Origin: a virus
Reading direction: 5' to 3' (one strand)
IMG/VR virus record: IMGVR_UViG_3300012017_000779
Span: 1-64,000 of that record
DNA: 64,000 nt
This document shows positions 45,101 to 54,300 of the stretch, piece after piece (the stretch's first letter is position 1; each line of letters starts with the position of its first letter). The position numbers were made by a program, and so were the translations under genes. The notes under the pieces were generated by a model. That model made no database searches, was not told the origin of the DNA, and saw nothing but the letters and a program-made list of their open reading frames with translations.

Positions 45101-46087
45101 ATTAAAAGGATATGTAACTTGACCATTTTGTTGTATTTCTGTATCAACATCTTCTACTTCTTCTCCATCTTGAGCTTTATAAAGTCCACCATAAGCCATT
45201 TGTCCACCATACTTTTCTTCATCATCATCTTCCTCTTCTTCTTCATCTTCATCTTCATTTAATAACATATCAGATACAAAACTATTATTTTGAGTATCTT
45301 CAGCAGCATCTACTTCTTCTTGTGATTCATAAGGCTCTTCTTCAACAACTTCTTCTTCAACAACTTCTTTTTCATCTTCATCTTCATCAAAATCATATTC
45401 ATAATCAGAACCATTTTGTTCAGTTAAATAATTTTTTACTTGACTTACTAAATTTATAGCTTCCATTGGATCTACATCATAAAAGTTTGCTAATTTAAAA
45501 GCAATCTGTTGTTCATCAATATCATTATTTAAGTCATTAGAAATTATATTAACTAATTCATCTTGTGATAAATCTTTTTTTTCTTCTGAATTAGAACCAG
45601 GATAACCCATTTCACTAACATCAGGTACTCCACCTAATTGATATTTAGGAAAAGTACCATTTTTAATACGTTGTAAAGCATTATACTGACTTTGTGTTGC
45701 TAAATTATTATTTTTTATTACAGCTTCTATTATTTTTTCATGATACTTTCTAGTTGATGGACTTATATTAGATATATTTAATACATCTTGAAAAAATGCT
45801 GGATTTTTTATTTGAATTTTTGATGATGCTGTAGTTGCTTTTTTAATTCCTTCACCATATTTAATAGCTCCTGCAGCTCTAGCTGCATTATTAGATTTGT
45901 CTATAGCTTTTGCTAGTTCAGTTGCCTTTTGTATTTTATCAGATTCATCAAAATTCATAATAAGTTGTTTTCCATATTTTAAAACATCTTTTACAATTCT
46001 TCCTTTTTGAGCTTTTTCTAAAAACTGACCTGTCTTATTAAGATACTTACCATTTCCATCAGGTGATTTATAAATTCTAACTTTCAT
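42119..46087 (-). CDS. Low-complexity modular virion protein with about 13 xxxGG motifs
   Basis: 1322 aa; acidic tracts separated by YQLGG, MAYGG, MKMGG, FQRGG, AQYGG and similar motifs. Confidence 0.6.
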   Translation of the reverse strand: MKVRIYKSPDGNGKYLNKTGQFLEKAQKGRIVKDVLKYGKQLIMNFDESDKIQKATELAKAIDKSNNAARAAGAIKYGEGIKKATTASSKIQIKNPAFFQDVLNISNISPSTRKYHEKIIEAVIKNNNLATQSQYNALQRIKNGTFPKYQLGGVPDVSEMGYPGSNSEEKKDLSQDELVNIISNDLNNDIDEQQIAFKLANFYDVDPMEAINLVSQVKNYLTEQNGSDYEYDFDEDEDEKEVVEEEVVEEEPYESQEEVDAAEDTQNNSFVSDMLLNEDEDEEEEEDDDEEKYGGQMAYGGLYKAQDGEEVEDVDTEIQQNGQVTYPFNPTAPGIVFPEIETYLPYNMADMLNGTVDPATGMYYNHYASKDINQNSEYENEDNSEEEEEESDVSSEYALDAPPEMKMGGNYKRNKRVYVNSILKLAKKAEGGEEKKSDEDPEAGDPTGKKIRKQKLNNFISSLKKETEMFNLKQQAEQEYDQMMQQQMQPQNDMMRRGGSAGSRDPKVVRGNELKYRANQLKDFITGQNRRDREDNIDYFNVNDYPTTTFEEGDYNKDGYVDATDYAVKGQFNERNNTCFEDENGQTNCFPRRNENSNNEMHSYDHPSYSVDVRKSNWLTGKPSKYRIDFYGYSPLVDIANGNNPDVVSQKPVVKSSQSTVSSTVATIINKSQSTDLPKQGTLLPHGFFTTDANSDKIPDYLQPGKFSTLPTGTSKEVITQATVNPNATVANTPIISSVYKPEVKRNSSPTLIEIKKNKVIIPENQIPKFTTTNKKKTTTKKTKKKSDYYYRDPSFMERLGRFFDPNLENGGFVDSENPDLYEFNQGGYDPTQQDMDYSNSIDTTDPYFQRGGGVRKFIENYFPGNILSPQRTYRNEIQRVYDPRTGKTIVMPINMGNLSSINVDKTRFWSGRPKKYTMYFNGQSGQPITTSKGTDASQRGRDRYCLDFPNSPNCQGAKKPVRDNYPEDTRENNKNQRSGRQGYGFINNLKLRMQGLDEYGNPIGGKPIKKYDPYADFPLDHPYRNTGRLDIKSNQDTMNQLRNTQSKELQGIPFSSDQLINTSGPRNTEMQYGGNLDMFLPRAEDGFQTSMSPGECPMGSTKNAAGDCVDFMGKVVKKRSTGSDFGNNIQDIKQPGVIDKDYRNPLTGEKPGVIKDKSGNLQINEDKPSFNDMYAVDVENKKDLAFGANADTSKNEARLQTFNAGVDVIDGIRKNIESRKKENEMYENLSSNNLYASDPSRDKGDYDTNSGLYRPDEQGQMWNSRSAQYGGYIDEEEYYDPYTEEDEEDELTYAEGGEKITYMSEDQIRAFMAEGGQVEFL

Positions 46088-46097
46088 AACTACATAT

Positions 46098-46148
46098 TAT
46101 ATATTTAATATACTAAATTTTAATTTATTCAATAAACTTAATAAGTTT
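46098..46148 (-). promoter_or_regulatory. Putative phage promoter with upstream palindrome
   Basis: 20-nt string (46098-46117) identical to 59168-59187; AAACTT-AAT-AAGTTT palindrome at 46134-46148. Confidence 0.6.
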
Positions 46149-49100
46149 AATTAATACCTTTTGCTTTCATATAATTTAAAATACGTTTGTATTGATTATA
46201 AGTAATATCAGGTTTTGTTTCAAGACCTTTTTCATTAGCATGTTTTTTTATATAGGCATTTCTAATTTGCTCATGTGTAATAATACTTTTTAAATTTAAA
46301 TTATATTTTTTTGCAATTGGAGCATAATACTCTACAAATGAAATAACTTGTTGATCAGTTAATGGTTTTTTTTGTGTATCTCCTTGAAATTCTACACCAA
46401 TACTAAAATCATTAACATCTTCTCTTCCATTCCATTTTGATTTTCCTGCATGAAAAGAAACTTGTTCAGGAGATGCATATATAGTTCTAGAACCATCTTC
46501 TTCAATAACTACGTGAGAAGAATTTTGTCCAGGTGTCATAAATTGTTTTTTTACTTCAGCATTATTAGTAATAGGATCATTATAAGCAGTATGATGTAAT
46601 ACAAAGTTTTTAATTTCATTTTTTAATTTATGACCAGCTTTATAACTGTCATCTTTTTTTGTTCTTACATTAGGCATATCATATACATACGTTTCTTTAA
46701 ATTTGTTAACAGGAACATTATATTTTTTTATATATAAACCATTACCTCCAGAAGTATTTTCAGCATCATAATTAACCAACCTTTGTTTAGTTAACTTACC
46801 ATCTTTATAAGAAAGACCTCTTGCATATGTTCCATTATCAAGACTCCATGCTTCAAGATATTTACTGTTTCCTTTTAATCTTTTAAATTCTTTTTTAATA
46901 TGAGAAACACTTCCTGATACCAATGTTTGTTCTTTTGTTGTAGGATTAACAAAAACAACTCTACCTCCTAAAATAGAACCATAATAATCTTCTTCTGCTT
47001 TACCTTTTTTTGTTAAAATATTTAAAGCACCTTTTTTAAGTTTATTATTTTCTAATATTGTTATTTGAGGTTGCCAAAATTTTGGATTTCCAGATCTTGC
47101 TCCATCTAAAGATATGTCATCAATAGAAACAATTTTATTCATAAATGTTTTAGAAAATTTCCAATCTTTATTATTTTTTAAATTTTTATAAATACCAGTA
47201 TGTAATACTCCTTTGTTATCTAAAGCAAATACACTATTATCATCATTTATACCATTTACATTTGTTTTTTTATTATAAGGTTTTATATTAGCTGCCTTAC
47301 TAAATGGATGAAATGTTGTAAATTCTAATCCATCAGATTCTATATCTTGATATTGACCTCTATTTCTACTACCTAAAACTAAGTTAGATGTTGGAACAGT
47401 TTGTTGTTTAAACTGTCTATTTGGTTGATCATTTACATTTAATATAGTTTGTGATAAAGTTGGATTTTTATAATAATCTTTTACATTTATAGGTTCAGGT
47501 GATTCTATAACTTTTTTATCTTTAGTTTCTACTATACCCCAAGTTTGAAGTTTACGGTCTAAACCATTATTAAAAAGTTTTTTTTGATTATCCAACCAGT
47601 TATCAAAACTTTTTATTTCTTTATAAGTTGATTCAAAAAATGAATCTTCTGGTTTAACAATTTTATTTTTTATATTAGAATTATTATTTTTAGTTATTTG
47701 TAAACTATTTTTAATAGGTTCAACTTTACTTATATTTTTTTCTTTTAAAATATTTTCTTTTGCAATGTTTTGCAATTTATTTTTTAAATCTAATTCAAAA
47801 TTAGATTTAGTTTCAATAGTAGGTATTTTTCTAATAGTTTTTTTTATAGGTTCAGTTGTTTGTTTATATTTTTTTATATTTTTATCATCAACTTTTTCAT
47901 AAGCTATATCATCAATATCTTCCATACCAAAAAATCTTTTAAATCTTTCTGTATATGTAGGATCTCTTGTATAATCATAAGATTTACCTTTTTTATTAAA
48001 ACCACCATTTTGATAATTATCTATTTCCTCTACTATATAACCACCTTCTTTATATCTTTGTACTTCTTCTGGTGTTAGATCTAATTCTACATAATCATTA
48101 TTTTCTCCACCTTGTTTATATTGCCCTCTAAAACCTGTATTATAATCTTTTTTTAATTTTTCTAAATAGTTTTTATATTCTATTTGTTTGTTTCTATCTA
48201 AATTTTTATAATCCATAAATGGATAAGTTTCATCAACATCAAACATTTTTTGACCTTTTTTTCCTACTACAGTATTTCTATCTAATAATATTGGTAAATC
48301 ATAAGAATTATTAGGCATAAATTGAGAATTCCAATAACCATTATTAACTGCTAATTTATTCAATTTTCTACTTTTTAAATTATGATATTTATTAAACCAA
48401 TCTTGATAATTACCTGTACTATAATCTCTTGGTGAATGCAATTTAAACATATACTTTCCATAACCAGATGGTACGTCTGAAGTATATAAAGCATCTGCAT
48501 AACTCATATCTGGCATACCTGATCTATAACCATATTGTTGCATAGGTACATGAGTAGCTTGATATTTAGCAATTGAAATAGGATCATCAAAATTTACTCC
48601 TGCATTTTTCATATTTTCAAATTCAGATATTTTATTATTCCATGAAGGTTTTGACATATCATAAGGTCTATTAGTATAGTCCATAACTCCTTTACCATCT
48701 CTAGGTACTGAACCATCAACACCTCTAAATTTAGTTGCTTCTCTATTTAAAGCTAGTTTAGTTAACTTATTTGTTCTATCTGTACTTCTAGCTGCATAAT
48801 TTAAATCTTGAAAATCTTTACCTATAAGCTCTTCTTTTTGTAAGTTTTTAATAAATTGTCTTCTTGGTAAAAAACCAGAAATTTCTTTTAAATTTTTAGA
48901 AGAAAAATCATATTTAGAAAGGTCTATTTTAGGAGAACCTGATAATTGTTTAGGAACTCCTTTAAATCCTTTTATTAAATTTTTAGATGCATTATAAGCA
49001 GGTTTAAAAACTTGTTTACCTAAACCTAATCCTAAAAAACCTAGTGCATTAACTCCTGTTTCAAAAGAAGCATCTCCTAAAGTATTCCATGAAGGATTAT

Positions 49101-51330
49101 TAATAAAATTACTTTGAGATTTTACAACATCACTTTTTGAATCTCCTTGATTATAAAGAGCATCAGCTCCAAAATATGCTGCTACAGAATTACCAAGATT
49201 TAATTTACCTCCTGTTGCATCTGTAATTTTTTTACCTAATGGTAAAGGTGCTTTTACAGATGTTTTTGTTGCAGTCCATAAAGGTTTTAACCATTTTCCT
49301 GCTTGTAAAACCATTTTTGGTGCACCTCCTATTCCTGTCATTGGAGAATCTTCAAAAGGAGATCTACCTTTAGGTTGTGGTTTATAATTACTTTCTGGAG
49401 CATCTGTAAATAGTCTATTTAAAATATTAGAATGTTCCCAGTCATCTTGTCTTTTATTAAATTGACCTACTGTTTCTTTAATACCTTCATTATTAGCAAG
49501 ACCTTTCTTTATTTTACTATCTTCTTTTTCTTTTTGAATTGCTTTTTCTTTTTCTTCTGAACTTTTTTTAACAAAAGCTTGTATATTATTTTTATATTTA
49601 GGATCAAAAGACCAGTCTAAAGGTTTTTGATAAATATTATTTACTCTTGTATTATCAGAAGAATTAGATGAAACTTTAGACATACTATCATCAACAGGTT
49701 TAGCCATCTTATCTAAAACTGCTGTCCTAGCTTTAACATCTCCTTTATTTAAAGGTTGATATTTACCAGACCTATTCCAATCTACTTGCCACTTACCATT
49801 AACTTTTTTGTAATTACCCTTACTTCCTTTTACAGTGTATATACCACCATCTTGGTAATTATCTATTTCTTCTACTACATAACCACCTCTTCTATATTCT
49901 TCTATCTCATCTTCATCAAGATCAGCTTCTATAAATCCTGGAGAAACATCTTTATAATTTTCTGCAAAATAATTAGCATCTTCATTTGAATCAAATCTTA
50001 TAGCTTCATTAGATTCCGGACCATAGTCTCCAAGTTGTAGTACACCATTCTCATCTTGTATTTGTGGTACTGCATAATTATCCATGCTTGCCATGTAATG
50101 AGAACCAGTATCTCCATTATCAAATTGATAAGGATTGTCTGGTAGGTTAATCATTCTTTCAGCAGCAGGGTTACCAAACTCATTAGCATATGCTAGTCTA
50201 GCTTTCATCATACCAGTCATTGCATCTTTGTTACCACCATCTTGTTTTTTAGGAAACATAGATTTACCATCTTTTTCAAATTGTTCTTCACGGACTCTTG
50301 CTTCTCCTTCTTCTGTAGTTGGATCTTGATACATTAAAGCATTTGCACCTGGAAAACCTTCTGTAAATTCTTGTAATTTATTTCTTGGTATAAATTGTAA
50401 ATTAGGATCAGCTTTGATCATTGCATCTGTTTGTGCTTCTAATTCAGTATTTCTTCTGTCATAGTAATTACTTATTGCTTGATCTGATGCTACAGTATTA
50501 TTAGGTCTTTGACCTAAAAAACCAGCAGTACTTGCACCACCTCCTAAGTTTTGCAAATGGTGATACTTTTCATGTTCTGTCCACCAACCATTATTTTCTA
50601 TTGATCCAGGTCTTGTATCTTGACTTATTTCACCTGTTGCTGCATTATATCCTGTATTCTCATCAGTTTCAATTACTTCTGGTTCTTGCCATTCTACACA
50701 TTGACCATTATAAATAATATATCCTTCTGGACATTTTGATTCTCCACCATCTTGTGCATGTACTAATCCTTGACCACCACACTCATGACATGTAGTAATA
50801 TCTTTACCACCATCTTCAGCATCCCATTTCCAGCCACATTTTTTACATGTTACTTTTTTAGTAAGTAAAGCACCACCTTCTGCATAATACTTTGAGTTAG
50901 GATCAAATACTTTATTCTTTCTAGACTTAGGTTTTGCAAATAAAAAATTTTGTGTAAATAATTTATTAGTTGCACTAAGACTTCTTGAGTAACCTTTAGA
51001 ATTTTTTTTATTAGGCATTTTTAAAACAGAACCACCTTTACGCATAAAATCTTCAGGTTGTTCTAACTCAGGTTGCATTCTATAGTTAGTAGTAATTTCT
51101 TCTCCGGGTTTTAAATTTTTAGAAGCATAGATAAATCTTTTATTATCTATTTTTTTACTATAAGCTGTAGGATTTTTTTCATTATGATTATGATTTCTTC
51201 CAATTTCAGATGCGGGTTGATCATCAACATGAGCTAATCCAATTACCTCACCTTTTTTAAAAGGTGCTTTAGTAAATAAACCTTTACCAGCTCCTTTTAT
51301 ACTAGATTGTTTTGTTATATATTTTTTCAT
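46147..51330 (-). CDS. Polyvalent virion protein: SET domain, Zn ribbon, HExxH module, ART-like module, C-terminal Amidase_2
   Basis: SSIKGAGKGLF...NHN...GEEITTNY (SET); CKKC..CHEC; HEKYH; VLHHTA...SSHVVI...FHAG...NDFSIGVE...THEQI (amidase). Confidence 0.8.
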   Translation of the reverse strand: MKKYITKQSSIKGAGKGLFTKAPFKKGEVIGLAHVDDQPASEIGRNHNHNEKNPTAYSKKIDNKRFIYASKNLKPGEEITTNYRMQPELEQPEDFMRKGGSVLKMPNKKNSKGYSRSLSATNKLFTQNFLFAKPKSRKNKVFDPNSKYYAEGGALLTKKVTCKKCGWKWDAEDGGKDITTCHECGGQGLVHAQDGGESKCPEGYIIYNGQCVEWQEPEVIETDENTGYNAATGEISQDTRPGSIENNGWWTEHEKYHHLQNLGGGASTAGFLGQRPNNTVASDQAISNYYDRRNTELEAQTDAMIKADPNLQFIPRNKLQEFTEGFPGANALMYQDPTTEEGEARVREEQFEKDGKSMFPKKQDGGNKDAMTGMMKARLAYANEFGNPAAERMINLPDNPYQFDNGDTGSHYMASMDNYAVPQIQDENGVLQLGDYGPESNEAIRFDSNEDANYFAENYKDVSPGFIEADLDEDEIEEYRRGGYVVEEIDNYQDGGIYTVKGSKGNYKKVNGKWQVDWNRSGKYQPLNKGDVKARTAVLDKMAKPVDDSMSKVSSNSSDNTRVNNIYQKPLDWSFDPKYKNNIQAFVKKSSEEKEKAIQKEKEDSKIKKGLANNEGIKETVGQFNKRQDDWEHSNILNRLFTDAPESNYKPQPKGRSPFEDSPMTGIGGAPKMVLQAGKWLKPLWTATKTSVKAPLPLGKKITDATGGKLNLGNSVAAYFGADALYNQGDSKSDVVKSQSNFINNPSWNTLGDASFETGVNALGFLGLGLGKQVFKPAYNASKNLIKGFKGVPKQLSGSPKIDLSKYDFSSKNLKEISGFLPRRQFIKNLQKEELIGKDFQDLNYAARSTDRTNKLTKLALNREATKFRGVDGSVPRDGKGVMDYTNRPYDMSKPSWNNKISEFENMKNAGVNFDDPISIAKYQATHVPMQQYGYRSGMPDMSYADALYTSDVPSGYGKYMFKLHSPRDYSTGNYQDWFNKYHNLKSRKLNKLAVNNGYWNSQFMPNNSYDLPILLDRNTVVGKKGQKMFDVDETYPFMDYKNLDRNKQIEYKNYLEKLKKDYNTGFRGQYKQGGENNDYVELDLTPEEVQRYKEGGYIVEEIDNYQNGGFNKKGKSYDYTRDPTYTERFKRFFGMEDIDDIAYEKVDDKNIKKYKQTTEPIKKTIRKIPTIETKSNFELDLKNKLQNIAKENILKEKNISKVEPIKNSLQITKNNNSNIKNKIVKPEDSFFESTYKEIKSFDNWLDNQKKLFNNGLDRKLQTWGIVETKDKKVIESPEPINVKDYYKNPTLSQTILNVNDQPNRQFKQQTVPTSNLVLGSRNRGQYQDIESDGLEFTTFHPFSKAANIKPYNKKTNVNGINDDNSVFALDNKGVLHTGIYKNLKNNKDWKFSKTFMNKIVSIDDISLDGARSGNPKFWQPQITILENNKLKKGALNILTKKGKAEEDYYGSILGGRVVFVNPTTKEQTLVSGSVSHIKKEFKRLKGNSKYLEAWSLDNGTYARGLSYKDGKLTKQRLVNYDAENTSGGNGLYIKKYNVPVNKFKETYVYDMPNVRTKKDDSYKAGHKLKNEIKNFVLHHTAYNDPITNNAEVKKQFMTPGQNSSHVVIEEDGSRTIYASPEQVSFHAGKSKWNGREDVNDFSIGVEFQGDTQKKPLTDQQVISFVEYYAPIAKKYNLNLKSIITHEQIRNAYIKKHANEKGLETKPDITYNQYKRILNYMKAKGIN
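48001..49935 (-). repeat. About 90-bp imperfect direct repeats encoding E.DL..EE...Y..GGY.VEEIDNYQ.GG
   Basis: Copies at about 48001-48093 and 49843-49935 bracket a segment of about 1.75 kb. Confidence 0.75.
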
Positions 51331-54300
51331 TATCTTGGGGATACTTGGATTTTAGCATCAAATACTTTAATTATCATATTAACATCATTTACAACTCCAA
51401 CAGGTGCTGCATTTTTTGTTAAATTTAAAAAATTTAAATAACTTCTAAACTTTTTTCTTTGTAATGGTGGTTTAGCATAATTTAAATTTGTAGGAGTTAA
51501 TATTTTTTTATAACCACTAGCATCTGTTATCCATATATTTCTTTCAATATAATTTCCAGACAATACAGTTGTACCAGGAACTAATGGTCCTAATGGTGGA
51601 TAACCTGAACCTACAGGAAATTCACCACGGTCTGCAGTAATATCCCAAAATTGATTAAATTTATATTTACTTTCTTCTTTAGAAAACAATATGTCATAAG
51701 AAGCAAAATTTGTTGTGTTTAATTTAGGATATGTTAAACTTAAAGTTACATTATTTTTAGGAAATATATTTAAGTTTAAGTATCCAGAAACTTGTTCATT
51801 ATTAAATACAACTACTTTATCAAAGTTATAATCTAAAATTTTAAATTGGTCAACACAATTAATACTAGATCTTTTATAACATTCTAATATATATTCAAAT
51901 GATCTTATAGTAGTTACTGTTTGTCCAGTAATGTGAGGAAATTCAATTTCAAAAGGATATGGTGTATCATAAAAATTACAAAAGTTGTTACATATAAAAT
52001 TATGTTTCCATATTGTATTTTGCTTACCTAAGTCTCCGGTTGTTAAAAAATTATTTTTAGTTCCCATAGTTAAACTAGGATGCCAATCATGAAATGAAAC
52101 CCAAACTTGTGTCTTAGGATCATAACTTACTGTCCAAGAAGCATCTTCAAATAAGAAAGGATCTCCTAATAAATATCTACCTTGTCCATTTAATGTAAAA
52201 TAATCTCCTTTACCATTATCTTTACCATATGTTATTAAAGGTATATAAGCAACTGTACCAGGTGCTCTTGGAATTGGATCAGTAACTTCTCTTAATCTAT
52301 AATCTTTTTTAGAAAAATATAACATTGAGTTTTCACTATCATACATTGATTGACAACCTATACCTGCTACTGGATTATCCTGATATGGATAATCAGGAAA
52401 ATCTTCAGTAAGTTTATATGGTAAAAATAAATTAAACCACCACTTTAATCCTGCAGATGATATTTCTTGTAGTCCTTGACCATAAGTAAAAACCTTACCT
52501 TGATTTTGTGCTATATAAAATATACCAATAGGAGTAGATATAACAGATAATCTATTTTGTGATGAACCATATTCATATGATTTATCAGCATTTGTAACAG
52601 ATTGTCCAGGTTGTGAAAATAATCCACCATCTCCAATAGTTAATTTAGTTCCTAAATCAGTTTGTAACTGATCAGTACCTTGAAACATTAAAGGACTATC
52701 ATTTTTAAATGTAATTAATATACCACTTTTATTTACACTTTTTACACCACTTACTTGTGATTTAAATTCTTTATAATTATTTGCTAAATATATAAACCAA
52801 CTATCTTTAAATGATTCATCTTGTTGTTGTAAAGAATAATATATTCTATCAGGATAATAAGTATAACAAAGTTGTGAAACCTTTGGATTATAATATCTAC
52901 TTTGTAAAGTACCTTGAGAAAAATATTGAGTAAAAGCTTTAGATATACTTAAAGAATAATCATATCTATATTCATTACCTCTAGTTATAATTGCTGGATC
53001 AATATTAAACATACGTACAGTATCCGTATATCTATATGGATCATAATGTTTTTCTCCTTCTAGTATTCCTTGTTGTCTAAAGTCTACTAATACATCTGAC
53101 TCAACAAAAAAATCTTTAACACTAGAATTAAATATATAAAAGTTAGCATCAGGAACACTAATGTCTCGAGTAGAACCATAATTTCCTTCATCATCTACTA
53201 TATAATTATAACCTCTCCAATCAAGTTGATAATAATCTCTTGGCCAAGGACCTGTTCCTGGAGGGTTTGAATTAAATAAATTTCGTAAATCAGTTAAATT
53301 ACTTACTAAAACTGATGGGTCATATTCAATACTATTTATAAAAAATCTTGCATTAGGAATCATATTATACAATGTATAATTAAATTCATAACCATCAGGT
53401 TGTTGCCACAACCAATCATAAAAATAAAAAAATGTATTTTTTTCAGTATATCTATTTATAAAAGTATCTCCACCAAAAAATATAGGAGTTTGACCTAGTC
53501 TAAACCAAGATAAATTACTATTTCCTGTTGTAGGATTAAATATTGTAGGACAATCACGACCAGCATTTACAGTAACAAAATTATTTTCTGGTGTTGGATT
53601 AGCTGCTGTTGGTTGTACATTAAAAGTCATTTTTTGTTCACATGGAGTAATAGGTATTTGTTTGATACCTTCTAATTGTCCATATTGATTTCTAATTCTT
53701 ACTTTAATACCTGCATAGTGACTTGCTATTGTTCTATTAAAAGGAGTATCTATATTACTAAAAGAAGGTAATCCAGAAGAAGAAGTTGATTGTAGTAATG
53801 TACCTAATGTAACTAATGAATTATCAGCACCAGTTAAAGCCGTTGGAAGTGATGGAAGTGGAGGAATAGGACTAATATTTATAAAATCAGGACCATCTGT
53901 AACAGCTCTTCCTGTTTCAGTTCTTAAAACAACTGTATCAGATCTTTTTAAATTATTAATACTATATGATTTATAAACACCACTACTATTTTGATATAAA
54001 GGTACATCTTGTATATTATCTCTAATATAAAAAGCATCTTCTATACTATATCTAAAAATATTTGCAGAAGGTTCCGGAATAAAATTACCATAAAAACCAT
54101 AAGATATGCCTTGTAATGCATATTGTTTATATCTTATAACTGCTAATAATAATTTTTTAGCAGCGTCTGCTCCTCTAGAAAAATAATATGTAAGTTTTCC
54201 AACTGCATTAAAAGCTCCACTTAAAAGTTTACCAAGTGATTGTCTATCTCCTAATTCATTTTCATATTCAATTGATACTGTTTGAGCACCAGGTACAATT

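Noticed and set aside
40950-45400. Poly-Q/M and poly-E/D tracts as microsatellites or DGR targets
   Set aside because: They are in-frame low-complexity coding sequence with mixed codons; no reverse transcriptase or TR/VR pair was seen.
46750-47000. NAGPA/phosphodiester glycosidase call for the domain before the amidase
   Set aside because: Only a weak LDNG resemblance to LDGGGS; too little to assign.
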